Shown piece by piece: positions 40,559 through 49,637 of a stretch of DNA of 64,000 nt. The DNA is taken from the NCBI GenBank assembly GCA_047639475.1, contig JBLIOD010000007.1:18308-82307 (forward strand), read 5' to 3'. Under the pieces are notes generated by a model. The model was given only the letters and a program-made list of their open reading frames with translations. It searched no databases and had not been told where the DNA came from. The position numbers and the translations under genes were made by a program. The DNA is from Gammaproteobacteria bacterium. Lineage in GTDB: Bacteria > Pseudomonadota > Gammaproteobacteria > Arenicellales > Poriferihabitantaceae. Every line of letters begins with the position of its first letter. Within the stretch, counting starts at the first letter, position 1.

Positions 40559-41782
40559 GTGACTGTTTTTCCAACCTTAGTAATTCCTCATACTTTAGCT
40601 GCTGGCCCAGGCCCAGGCAATACTGATCCGCGTGTTTTACAGGCGTTCGCTAATGCAGGCGTGGCTGACCACATGCAAGCTGACGTTATACGTGGCATGA
40701 TAGAGTGCAAACACATGTTACGTACCGCTTGGGGTACAAAGAACATCCATACTTATGGCGTGGGTGGTACTGGCTTCAGTGGTTTGGATTGCATGCTTAG
40801 CATGATTTTGCCAGGCGACAAAGTGGTTGTGTTTTCTAACGGTACCTTTAGCGGCTTAGATGCAAAAACTATTCGCATGAAAGCGTCTACTATAGAAGAC
40901 CTTGCCGCTAATCCAAGTGACCCTCAGCCTAGCAACGTTATTGTGATTGACGTGCCGCACGGTACTTCAGTTAGTGCAGAGATGGCAGATGCAGCTTTAG
41001 CAAAACATAAGCCTATGTGGGCTTTTATGGCGCATTGGGAAACTGGCAGTGGCCGTGTTAATGAAATTCAAGGCTTTAATGATGCCTGTGCTAAGCATGG
41101 TGCCATGGGACTCATTGATGCCGTATCTAGTTTAGGTGTTGGGCATTTTAATATTGATGAATACCCGGCTGTTGTGGCTTGGGCATCTTGCCCTCAAAAA
41201 GGTGTATTGGCTTTGCCGCTAACCTACGCACCCGTATCTTTTCGTGACGAAGCTATCGCGCTCGTTAATAAGCGGGGTTGTTATACCTATGTGCACCACC
41301 CTGTTTGGGAAGGTAAGCACTGGGGCATCATTGATGGTGCTGATACTGAAACATCTGCTTATCACCGTACTCACTCAGGGTATGCAGTCGCGTCTTTACA
41401 TGAAGCCTTACGCATTTTGTTGACCACAGGCCGAGAAGAAACGGCAGTGGCTTACGAATTCCACGAAACGGCATTAAAGCTAGCAGTGGCCTCTATGGGC
41501 TGTGAAGTGACTTCGAATATGCCTAGCTTAGTGGTGCTTAACTTACCTGGTGATTTGGCAGGCAGGGAAAAAGAGTTGGTCGGAAACTGTCGTGCTGAAG
41601 GTTTTGGTATTTGGCCGACGTTATCAGAGCCTGTACAAGTTCGAATAGGGATATTGAATCAACTGAACACCCCTGCAATTACGGACATTGTTGGCCGGTT
41701 CGCTGACGCGATGTTGCACATGGGCGCTGACTTTGATAAATCTACAGTAATGGATGAGCTTAGCGCGTATTATCACGCCTAA
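40559..41782 (+). CDS. Class V (serine-glyoxylate / serine-pyruvate type) aminotransferase
   Basis: 407 aa with a GTG start and an AGGTGA RBS. N-terminal AAGPGPGNTDPRVLQAF and SCPQKG (PLP lysine) blocks resemble AGT/SgaA-family enzymes. Confidence 0.65.
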   Translation: MTVFPTLVIPHTLAAGPGPGNTDPRVLQAFANAGVADHMQADVIRGMIECKHMLRTAWGTKNIHTYGVGGTGFSGLDCMLSMILPGDKVVVFSNGTFSGLDAKTIRMKASTIEDLAANPSDPQPSNVIVIDVPHGTSVSAEMADAALAKHKPMWAFMAHWETGSGRVNEIQGFNDACAKHGAMGLIDAVSSLGVGHFNIDEYPAVVAWASCPQKGVLALPLTYAPVSFRDEAIALVNKRGCYTYVHHPVWEGKHWGIIDGADTETSAYHRTHSGYAVASLHEALRILLTTGREETAVAYEFHETALKLAVASMGCEVTSNMPSLVVLNLPGDLAGREKELVGNCRAEGFGIWPTLSEPVQVRIGILNQLNTPAITDIVGRFADAMLHMGADFDKSTVMDELSAYYHA

Positions 41783-41876
41783 GTGATTCATCAATTTGTA
41801 AGCCTCTATGGCGCGTCTGAGTCTTTCTGGCGTGCCATTTTGTTATCTCGACCTTAAATAAACAGTCCAAGTTAAA

Positions 41877-43118
41877 ATGACCCAAGCTAAACAAACCCTA
41901 GATGCATTAATGAAAGCGGCCATCGAGGCGGCTCAACCCGCAACTTGCACGCCTACCGATCTGCCCGCGGCGGGCAAAAGAACCGTGGTTATCGGCGCCG
42001 GCAAGGCATCAGGCGCCATGGCTAAAGCGTTGGAAGATAGTTGGGAAGGGGAGCTAAGTGGCATCGTTGCCGTACCTGCAGGTTACGAGCAGGCTTGTGA
42101 TCAAATAGAAATAATTACGGCAAGTCACCCTGTGCCGGATGAGCGCAGTGTCGCGGCGGCGCAAAAAATAAAGCAAGCGGTTTCAGGTTTGAACAAAGAT
42201 GATTTAGTGATCGCACTGATATCCGGCGGAGGGTCAGCGTTGATGGCAGAGCCGATAGAGGGCATTGACTTGGCGCTTAAGCAACAAGTCACTAAAGGCC
42301 TATTGATGGGCGGGGCCACAATTCAAGAAATCAACACGGTGCGCAAGCAATTGTCGCAAATAAAAGGCGGGCAACTAGCTGCAGCAGTAGGTGAGGCCAG
42401 ATTAGAAACTTGGTTGATATCTGATGTGCCAGGAGATGATCCTTCGTTTATTGCTTCCGGACCTACAGTGACCGATGCGTCGACCAAACAAGATGCGATT
42501 AAATTACTCAATAAGTACTTAGATGAAGTGCCAAGCGAAGTGTTATCCGCACTTGATCGTAAGGACGAATCTAAGCCCAATATAAAGGGCACCGTTCGAA
42601 TGATCGGCTCCCCGATGGTTAGCCTGTTGGCAGCAGCAGAGGTTGCTAAGCAACATGGTTATACACCGATCATTTTAGGGGATGCGCTTGAAGGAGAGTC
42701 GCAAGATGCAGGTTTGATCATGGCCGGCATCGCTAAATGCGTTGCGCTGCATGGCCGCCCAATTAAAGCGCCAGCGGTATTGTTGAGCGGTGGTGAAACC
42801 ACTGTAACCCATCGTGGTGAAGGCAAGGGTGGTCCGAACCAGGAGTTTATGTTGGGCATGTTGGGCGGTCTTGACTCGCACCCCAAAATTCACGCCTTAG
42901 CCATCGACACAGATGGTCGAGATGGTAGTGAGCCGGTTGCAGGCGCGTTTATCGGGCCAACTACATTGGAAGAGGCGAAGCAGGCGGGGTTAAGTTATGC
43001 AAGCGCTTGTGAGCAACACGATAGCTATACCTTTTTTACTGCACTGGGGAATATTATTGATACTGGCCCCACCTTTACCAATGTTAATGATTTTCGTGCT
43101 GTTTTGATTGAGGCCTAA
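41877..43118 (+). CDS. Glycerate kinase, TtuD/MOFRL family
   Basis: 413 aa with VVIGAGKASGAMAKALE (DUF4147 N-domain) and a C-terminal MOFRL-like LLSGGETTV...NQEF block. Confidence 0.8.
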   Translation: MTQAKQTLDALMKAAIEAAQPATCTPTDLPAAGKRTVVIGAGKASGAMAKALEDSWEGELSGIVAVPAGYEQACDQIEIITASHPVPDERSVAAAQKIKQAVSGLNKDDLVIALISGGGSALMAEPIEGIDLALKQQVTKGLLMGGATIQEINTVRKQLSQIKGGQLAAAVGEARLETWLISDVPGDDPSFIASGPTVTDASTKQDAIKLLNKYLDEVPSEVLSALDRKDESKPNIKGTVRMIGSPMVSLLAAAEVAKQHGYTPIILGDALEGESQDAGLIMAGIAKCVALHGRPIKAPAVLLSGGETTVTHRGEGKGGPNQEFMLGMLGGLDSHPKIHALAIDTDGRDGSEPVAGAFIGPTTLEEAKQAGLSYASACEQHDSYTFFTALGNIIDTGPTFTNVNDFRAVLIEA

Positions 43119-43160
43119 TTTTACCTAATGACAGCCTATTATTTACACTCGGTGCGTTAA

Positions 43161-43415
43161 ATGCAGATCGGTTGGCATGATATTGTTGGAAATGCAGGTG
43201 TGCTGTGCATTGTGGGTTGCTACTTCTTGCTGCAAGTCGGCAAGATTGATAGCGAGACGCTAAAGTTTTCTCTGATTAACCTATTGGGGGCTTCCCTAAT
43301 ACTGATTTCGTTGACGGTGGAGTTCAATCTGGCGGCTGCCATGATCGAAATTTTCTGGGTGATCATTAGCTTGATTGGTGTCGGGCGATACATCCAACGG
43401 AAAAAGAAAAGCTAG
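43161..43415 (+). CDS. Small membrane protein, function unknown
   Basis: 84 aa with two to three hydrophobic helices and a basic C-terminus (RYIQRKKKS). No family recognised. Confidence 0.45.
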   Translation: MQIGWHDIVGNAGVLCIVGCYFLLQVGKIDSETLKFSLINLLGASLILISLTVEFNLAAAMIEIFWVIISLIGVGRYIQRKKKS

Positions 43416-43500
43416 ACCAAGCTTTTTGTACTAACTAGCCTGCAGTGTGTCTGTACTCTGTTGACCTTCAAAAGCGACTCACCTGTCGCTTAATACCTTC

Positions 43501-43521
43501 TACTACCTACTACCTACTACC
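43501..43521. repeat. Heptanucleotide tandem repeat (TACTACC)x3
   Basis: Three perfect adjacent copies in an intergenic region, preceded by a degenerate TAATACC. Confidence 0.9.
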
Positions 43522-43654
43522 ATTCACTGGTGGGTCCTACATGTGCATTCGGTATGAGTGCTGTTTTACGAATTAGCCATCAGTTGGTTATCTCTTAAAT
43601 TGGCGTGCATTATCCTTGTTTGAAGTGATTTACGCGGTGTTGATACGACAGGCA

Positions 43655-43686
43655 TAAAAAAGCCGCAACCTCGAAAGATTGCGGCC
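43655..43686 (-). terminator. Rho-independent terminator of the amtB transcription unit
   Basis: The minus strand reads GCCGCAA-TCTTTCGAGG-TTGCGGC followed by TTTTTT. Confidence 0.75.
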
Positions 43687-43728
43687 AATGCCCTTTTGAA
43701 AGGCACTTTTTCTTATTGTTTAAGGTGA

Positions 43729-43896
43729 TTAGCCGTGAGTAGACTCAGCCGCTTTTTCAGCCTTGAAGGCGGTATATAAAGGCACTACGAGTAATGCCAT
43801 ACATACCCAGAACCAAAATACAGCGCCACCACTTCCCGCATACGGAAAAAATGCTGCGGCGCCTTCCCAAGTTGTAATTGGACTTGAATTAAACAT
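43729..43896 (-). CDS. Unannotated 55-aa hydrophobic small protein downstream of amtB
   Basis: Below the ORF-track length cutoff. An RBS-like AGAGGA lies 8 nt before the ATG at 43896. The translation is MFNSSPITTWEGAAAFFPYAGSGGAVFWFWVCMALLVVPLYTAFKAEKAAESTHG, with one TM helix. It starts 18 nt after the amtB stop and before the terminator. Confidence 0.45.
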   Translation of the reverse strand: MFNSSPITTWEGAAAFFPYAGSGGAVFWFWVCMALLVVPLYTAFKAEKAAESTHG

Positions 43897-43914
43897 GTTA
43901 TTGTCCTCTATTAA

Positions 43915-45216
43915 TTAAGATTTAATTTCTTCAGGATACGCATCGCCGACTACTTCGACGTCCATACCTGCTAACTGAACGGCGTCACTTGCACGTAGTA
44001 CGCCCATCATTTTCATGATTAGCGAAATAACGTAGCCCGGAACAAAGCCAAGTAGCCCCATTACGATCATGCCTTTGAATTGGCCGCCGAATGTAATTGC
44101 TGGAATATCTGGTGAAAATGCTGGGTAACCGCCTAAGAAGATACCGGCAGCGAGTACGCCCCAAACACCACAAACTCCGTGGACTGCGACGGCGCCTACG
44201 GCGTCATCAATGCCCATTTTTTCAATCATGCCTGCTGCCCAAGGGCCTAGTAGGCCACCAGCAAATGCGATAGCAAATGCCAAACCTGGGTAGTACATGT
44301 CTAAGCCAGATGCGGCTGAGATAACGCCGCAAAGTGCACCTGACATCATCCAGAAAGGATCACGCGTAGCCACATAACAACCAATGATGCCGCCTGCGAC
44401 AGCCATTAGCGTGTTGAAGCAGATTGCAGATAAGGTAGTTGGGCCGCCGTAGATATTAGTCCACTGAGTTTCATGGAAACTGACAGGAGTACCTGGGAAG
44501 ATAACGCAAGCGCCTAGGAAACCAAAGAAACCAACAACAATCAACATTAAGCCAGTTGCCGTCATCGGTAAGCTGTGGCCTCTAATGGCGTTAGCAGAGC
44601 CGTCAGCATTAAATTTGCCGATTCTTGGTCCAAGGTTGATCAATACGCCTAATGCGAAGAACCCAGAGATCATGTGTACCACACCTGATGCACCGAAATC
44701 GTGATAACCCCAGCTTGTTACCATCCAACCTAAGTAATGCCAGCCCCAAGAAGCTGAAAGAACCCAAGCCACTGAACCTAAGATTACGGCCAGTAGGATG
44801 AATGCAGCCATCCGGATACGCTCAATTACCGCACCAGACAAGATAGAAGCAGTAGTGCACGCAAACAACGTGAACGCGCCTACAAATACGCCAGTGGCGT
44901 TATCTTGCATGTTCGGGCCCATAGAGTCACCCCAAGGAACACCGCCGGCACCGGCAGCGAAATCAGGCATGAAACCATTGGTCATGGCCAAGTAAATCCA
45001 CCAACCGAAAGCCCAAAAAGTTGGGATCATGAATGCGAATGCCAAGATATTTTTAGTACCTGACGCGAGAGTATGCTTTACGCGTGACGCGCCCATTTCA
45101 TACATTAAAAAGCCGGCATGAATTAATATCATGATGGCCGTGGCCCAATAGTAATAGACCTCCAAGTTAATGGAGTTAGCAGCGGTAATCGATGCTTGAA
45201 GTTCTTCAGGGGTCAT
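43915..45216 (-). CDS. amtB: Ammonium/methylammonium transporter (Amt family)
   Basis: 433 aa with about 11 TM segments and Amt signature blocks (DFAGSGVVH-like FGASGVVHMISG, AVHGVCGVWG). Confidence 0.9.
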   Translation of the reverse strand: MTPEELQASITAANSINLEVYYYWATAIMILIHAGFLMYEMGASRVKHTLASGTKNILAFAFMIPTFWAFGWWIYLAMTNGFMPDFAAGAGGVPWGDSMGPNMQDNATGVFVGAFTLFACTTASILSGAVIERIRMAAFILLAVILGSVAWVLSASWGWHYLGWMVTSWGYHDFGASGVVHMISGFFALGVLINLGPRIGKFNADGSANAIRGHSLPMTATGLMLIVVGFFGFLGACVIFPGTPVSFHETQWTNIYGGPTTLSAICFNTLMAVAGGIIGCYVATRDPFWMMSGALCGVISAASGLDMYYPGLAFAIAFAGGLLGPWAAGMIEKMGIDDAVGAVAVHGVCGVWGVLAAGIFLGGYPAFSPDIPAITFGGQFKGMIVMGLLGFVPGYVISLIMKMMGVLRASDAVQLAGMDVEVVGDAYPEEIKS

Positions 45217-45564
45217 GTTGTGGTCTCCTCAGAATTGATAGGTTTTAGGTGGTTGCGAGCCTGATAATTATTGCTGACTTTAGGCTTGCCTGCTTGTTGT
45301 GTAGTCATAAATTTAAATTGCGGGTGTGCACTAAATAAACGAATACGTGACTGAATTTATTTTTGTATCTCCAGCCAATTTTCATTCTACATGAAGATTT
45401 ACTTTTGTATACGTCTGGTCTATCACTGGTCTTCTATTGGCACAAGTACGGCCTAACCAGAGATTTGGATAAATGAGAATGTTTCCAAATGAGCTTAAGG
45501 TATGTTGACCGAAAATAGTCACGGTAGTGAAATAATTGAATAACTAAGACTACACTGGTTGTAG

Positions 45565-46227
45565 TTATGCTCCTGGAGTAGCGGTCGCTGCTTGCTGATA
45601 AGAGATAACAGAGAGAAACTTCACTGGAAGCGTTATTGATTCATCTGGGCCGTGCGGGGCGTCGGCGTCAAAAAATAAACAATCACCAGGGTTTAGTCGA
45701 TAGTTTTTGTCTGCATGGCGATAATCGACGCAACCTTCCAGCATGTAAATGAATTCAATTCCTTCGTGTTGAAATGCAGGGAACTTGTCAGATTTATCGG
45801 TTAAAACTATTAGATAGGGTTCTACGGTTACGCCGCTGAAGTTTCCCGGTATGTGGCCCAGCAAACTGTATTGATGCCCAGATCGCGTGCCTACGCGTTC
45901 AACTTCGATGCCTTCTCCTGCTTTTACATGCATAGCGCTGCGAGTTTCTTCAAAGCGTTTGAAGAAAGTGGTCAGTGGTACTTGTAATGCGTAAGCCAAG
46001 CTCTGAATAGTGGTTAAAGACGGCGAAGTGAGGCCATTTTCAATCTTCGACAGCATGCCAATTGAAACGCCAGTTGCATCCGCCAGTTCGGAAACGGTCA
46101 TTTTACGTTTCACTCTCAAGTTTTTAACCTCCCGGCCGATAGCGATTTCTAGAACCTTTTCGTTCTCCGTTCTGATTGCGTGAGGGTTCTGTTCTAGCTT
46201 GTTGAATTTTGAAATTGTGTTTTTCAT
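45565..46227 (-). CDS. XRE-family HTH regulator with C-terminal cupin domain
   Basis: The ATG at 46227 gives MKNTISKF... HTH_3 block (VKRKMTVSELADATGVSIGMLSKIENG) and cupin block (HEGIEFIYMLEG...GDCLFFDADAPH). The upstream extension in the ORF track is unlikely to be translated. Confidence 0.8.
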   Translation of the reverse strand: MKNTISKFNKLEQNPHAIRTENEKVLEIAIGREVKNLRVKRKMTVSELADATGVSIGMLSKIENGLTSPSLTTIQSLAYALQVPLTTFFKRFEETRSAMHVKAGEGIEVERVGTRSGHQYSLLGHIPGNFSGVTVEPYLIVLTDKSDKFPAFQHEGIEFIYMLEGCVDYRHADKNYRLNPGDCLFFDADAPHGPDESITLPVKFLSVISYQQAATATPGA

Positions 46228-46451
46228 TCTCGCTTTAGAAAATTCTATATAATTGTCGGACAGGTTTGAGTTGTACCAAAATGCTTTGCAAAAATCGGAT
46301 TCTCCAGTATCGGTGGGTGCAAAACATAGCCTAACTCTATCAAAACTATGGTTCAAACCCATGCTATACCAAACAACATGCGTAGGCATAAACGATTTGA
46401 CACGGTTATGTGAACCCCGTTATAACTACTATACACTTTTAATAAGATGAT

Positions 46452-46477
46452 AATTTATTTATTTAAATGAATAAATT
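46452..46477. promoter_or_regulatory. 26-bp near-perfect palindrome, candidate operator of the XRE-cupin regulator
   Basis: AATTTATTTA-TTTAAA-TGAATAAATT. 12 of 13 base pairs are symmetric (24 of 26 positions). It lies in the divergent regulator/mgsA intergenic region. Confidence 0.4.
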
Positions 46478-46666
46478 GATCAGAATTTGGTATTCCTAAT
46501 ATCACGTTACAAGTTGAACGTACCTGTCTCAGTAATCAGATGTCGATACGGGTGTTTGAGTATCAATAAACAGCGATCATTTCCTGCAGAGGGAGTGGAA
46601 TCACTAATTTTTCAAATCGACGATGTTGTCGTCTTAAAACTAACTACCTAGAGGAGTTTAAAACTT

Positions 46667-47563
46667 ATGTGTGGAATTGTTGGACTATTTTTAAAAGATA
46701 AGTCTTTGGAACCGCAGCTGGGGCAAATGCTTTCAGAGATGCTGGTAACAATGACGGACCGTGGCCCAGATAGTGCGGGCATCGCAATATATGGTGCGGA
46801 AGATAAAGGAATGTCTAAAATCACAGTGCAGTCGGATACTGCTTCGGATGACTATGAAACCTTGGCAGCAGATCTAGAAGCTGCTATTGGCGTCAAAGTC
46901 GCGGTTGCCACGATTGATACCCATGCGGTTATTGATTTGCCATCGGAGTCGGTTGCGGCTGCCCGCCTAGCATTGAAAGAAATTAGATCAAATGTGCGTG
47001 TAATGAGTGCAGGCGATACGATAGAAATATACAAAGAAGTGGGGCTGCCGGTAGATGTTGCTGCACGCTTTAACTTAGAAAGTATGACAGGTAGTCACGC
47101 AATTGGCCACACTCGCATGGCGACAGAGTCAGCGGTTACGACACTTGGCGCGCACCCGTTCTCTACGGGAGCAGACCAATGTTTAGTGCATAACGGTTCT
47201 ATGTCTAACCACAATAGCTTACGTCGTCGTTTGATTCGTGATGGCATGACTTTTGAAACAGAGAATGATACCGAAGTCGCTGCAGCTTATTTGAGCCACA
47301 AAATGCAAGAGGGCAGCAACTTAGGCGAAGCCCTAGAAGCGGGCCTTGAAGATCTCGATGGTTTTTATACCTTCGTCGTCGGTACCAAAGACGGTTTCGG
47401 TGTGCTGCGTGACCCGATTGCTTGTAAGCCAGCGGTATTGGCTGAAACTGATCAATATGTCGCGTTTGGCTCAGAGTATAGAGCCCTAGTTAACCTACCT
47501 GGCATCGAAAATGCCAAAGTATGGGAGCCAGAGCCAGCCACCGTTTACTTTTGGGAGCACTAG
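46667..47563 (+). CDS. mgsA: Class II (Ntn) glutamine amidotransferase-like subunit, N-methylglutamate synthase subunit A-like
   Basis: 298 aa with an N-terminal MCGIVG nucleophile Cys and a HAIGHTRMATES block. First of a GATase/GXGXG/FMN trio followed by a GS-like gene. Confidence 0.75.
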   Translation: MCGIVGLFLKDKSLEPQLGQMLSEMLVTMTDRGPDSAGIAIYGAEDKGMSKITVQSDTASDDYETLAADLEAAIGVKVAVATIDTHAVIDLPSESVAAARLALKEIRSNVRVMSAGDTIEIYKEVGLPVDVAARFNLESMTGSHAIGHTRMATESAVTTLGAHPFSTGADQCLVHNGSMSNHNSLRRRLIRDGMTFETENDTEVAAAYLSHKMQEGSNLGEALEAGLEDLDGFYTFVVGTKDGFGVLRDPIACKPAVLAETDQYVAFGSEYRALVNLPGIENAKVWEPEPATVYFWEH

Positions 47564-47567
47564 AAAA

Positions 47568-48239
47568 ATGCAAACTATTAATTTAGAACAACAAGATTTA
47601 AGAGAGCTTAATTCAACTTTGCAAGAAGCCGAGTCTGGCGAATATGAAGTCATTAACTCAAAAGGCAGTCACGCCTTGGCGGTTGGACTGAAAAACAATA
47701 TCGATGTCACTATCGACGGTTCGACTGGCTACTACTGCGCTGGTATGAATCAAGAAGCGACCGTACGCGTAACCGGTTCTGTTGGCCCAGGTGTGGCTGA
47801 GAACATGATGTCAGGTTCAGTGATCGTTGAAGGTAACGCCAGCCAATATGCGGGCGCAACTGCTCACGGCGGCTTGTTAGTGATTAAAGGCAATGCTTCT
47901 TCACGTTGCGGTATCTCGATGAAAGGTGTCGACATCGTGGTACATGGCAACATTGGCCACATGTCAGCGTTTATGGCGCAATCTGGTAACTTGGTTGTGT
48001 TGGGTGATGCAGGAGACGCATTAGGCGACTCATGTTATGAAGCAGGTTTATTTGTGCGTGGTACGGTTAAAAGTTTGGGTGCAGATTGCATTGCAAAAGA
48101 AATGCGCTCAGAGCATATCGCCACATTAACTGATTTATTAGAGCGCAGTGGAGCGGACGCGAAAGCAGAAGAATTCACGCGGTACGGTTCTGCAAGAACG
48201 CTGTACAACTTCAATATTGACAACGCCAACGCTTACTAG
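47568..48239 (+). CDS. mgsB: GXGXG-motif (GltS C-terminal beta-helix-like) subunit, N-methylglutamate synthase subunit B-like
   Basis: The ATG at 47568 lies 4 nt after the mgsA stop. Repeated G-x-G-x-G beta-helix turns (VTGSVGPGVAENMMSGSVIVEGNA...). Confidence 0.75.
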   Translation: MQTINLEQQDLRELNSTLQEAESGEYEVINSKGSHALAVGLKNNIDVTIDGSTGYYCAGMNQEATVRVTGSVGPGVAENMMSGSVIVEGNASQYAGATAHGGLLVIKGNASSRCGISMKGVDIVVHGNIGHMSAFMAQSGNLVVLGDAGDALGDSCYEAGLFVRGTVKSLGADCIAKEMRSEHIATLTDLLERSGADAKAEEFTRYGSARTLYNFNIDNANAY

Positions 48240-48244
48240 AGGAT

Positions 48245-49588
48245 ATGAGCATGAGTGACAAACCCCAAGATAAACCCAATACACTTCCAAGACAGGCTTG
48301 GACATTTGACGAATACACCAATTCTGAAATTCGTCGTGCAGCGGCAACCGGCATATACGATATTCGTGGTGGTGGTAGCAAACGTAAACTACCTCACTTT
48401 GACGACTTAACTTTCTTAGGCGCGTCGATGTCACGTTACCCGCTTGAAGGATACCGTGAAAAGTGTGATACCAAAGTGGTTCTAGGAACCCGTTACGCTA
48501 AGAAGCCAATTGAATTGGACATTCCGATCACGATTGCTGGAATGAGTTTTGGCTCATTGTCAGGCGGTGCCAAAGAAGCACTGGGTCGCGGTGCAACGGC
48601 GGCGGGTACGTCTACCACAACCGGTGACGGCGGTATGACTGAAGAAGAACGAGGACATTCGTCTAAACTTGTATATCAGTACTTACCTTCACGTTACGGC
48701 ATGAACCCCAATGACCTGCGTCGCGCTGATGCGATTGAAGTAGTTGTCGGGCAAGGCGCTAAGCCAGGCGGCGGCGGTATGTTGCTAGGGCAGAAAATTT
48801 CTGACCGTGTTGCTCATATGCGTAACTTGCCAAAAGGCATCGATCAACGCTCTGCGTGTCGTCATCCTGATTGGACGGGTCCAGATGACCTTGAGATCAA
48901 AATACTTGAACTACGCGAAATTACTAATTGGCAGGTACCTATCTACATTAAAGTAGGGGGTGCACGTCCCTATTACGATACAGCACTGGCGGTTAAAGCC
49001 GGCGCTGACGTGGTAGTGCTTGATGGTATGCAAGGCGGTACTGCGGCGACGCAAGAAGTATTCATTGAGCATGTTGGTCAGCCAATATTGGCTTGTATTC
49101 GCCCTGCTGTTCAGGCGCTGCAAGACTTAGGCATGCACCGAGAAGTACAGTTAATTGTTTCTGGCGGAATTCGCAACGGTGCTGACGTCGGTAAAGCATT
49201 GGCACTGGGTGCGGATGCAGTCTCTATTGGAACTGGTGCTCTGATTGCGATTGGTGATAACGACCCTAAGTGGGAAGCTGAGTACAACGCATTAGGTTCA
49301 ACTGCGGGCGCTTACGATGACTGGCATGAAGGCCAAGATCCAGCAGGCATTACTACGCAAGACCCAGATTTGATGAAGCGTTTCGACCCTGAATTAGGTG
49401 GTCGCCGTTTGTCTAATTACCTTAAGGTAATGGCGCTTGAAGTTCAAACTATGGCCCGCGCATGCGGAAAAAGCCATGTATTGAATCTTGAGCCAGAAGA
49501 TATGTGTGCATTAACTGTTGAAGCCGCCGCGATGTCTGGCGTACCTTTAGCGGGCACTAACTGGGTTCCAGGAAAGGGTGGTTATTAA
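48245..49588 (+). CDS. mgsC: FMN-dependent glutamate synthase domain-2-like subunit, N-methylglutamate synthase subunit C-like
   Basis: 447 aa with GltS FMN-domain blocks (ITIAGMSFGSLS, GQGAKPGGGG, DGMQGGTAA, SGGIRNGADVGKALALGADAV). Confidence 0.75.
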   Translation: MSMSDKPQDKPNTLPRQAWTFDEYTNSEIRRAAATGIYDIRGGGSKRKLPHFDDLTFLGASMSRYPLEGYREKCDTKVVLGTRYAKKPIELDIPITIAGMSFGSLSGGAKEALGRGATAAGTSTTTGDGGMTEEERGHSSKLVYQYLPSRYGMNPNDLRRADAIEVVVGQGAKPGGGGMLLGQKISDRVAHMRNLPKGIDQRSACRHPDWTGPDDLEIKILELREITNWQVPIYIKVGGARPYYDTALAVKAGADVVVLDGMQGGTAATQEVFIEHVGQPILACIRPAVQALQDLGMHREVQLIVSGGIRNGADVGKALALGADAVSIGTGALIAIGDNDPKWEAEYNALGSTAGAYDDWHEGQDPAGITTQDPDLMKRFDPELGGRRLSNYLKVMALEVQTMARACGKSHVLNLEPEDMCALTVEAAAMSGVPLAGTNWVPGKGGY

Positions 49589-49637
49589 ACCGCCTTACTG
49601 GAAATTGACAAAAAATGAACATTAAGAGAGAGATATC

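Noticed and set aside
43501-43521. (TACTACC)x3 heptamer repeat as a phase-variation switch
   Set aside because: Only three units are present. The repeat is intergenic, beyond the terminators of both flanking convergent units, and not within a promoter spacer or coding region. It is reported as a repeat feature only.
45438-45455. Sigma-54-like TGGCAC element (TGGCACAAGTACGGCC) near amtB, and a second one at 38971-38986 (TGGCACCTATTGATTA)
   Set aside because: The -12 element does not match TTGC in either case. Both point away from the genes they would need to drive (amtB and the binding-protein gene are on the minus strand).
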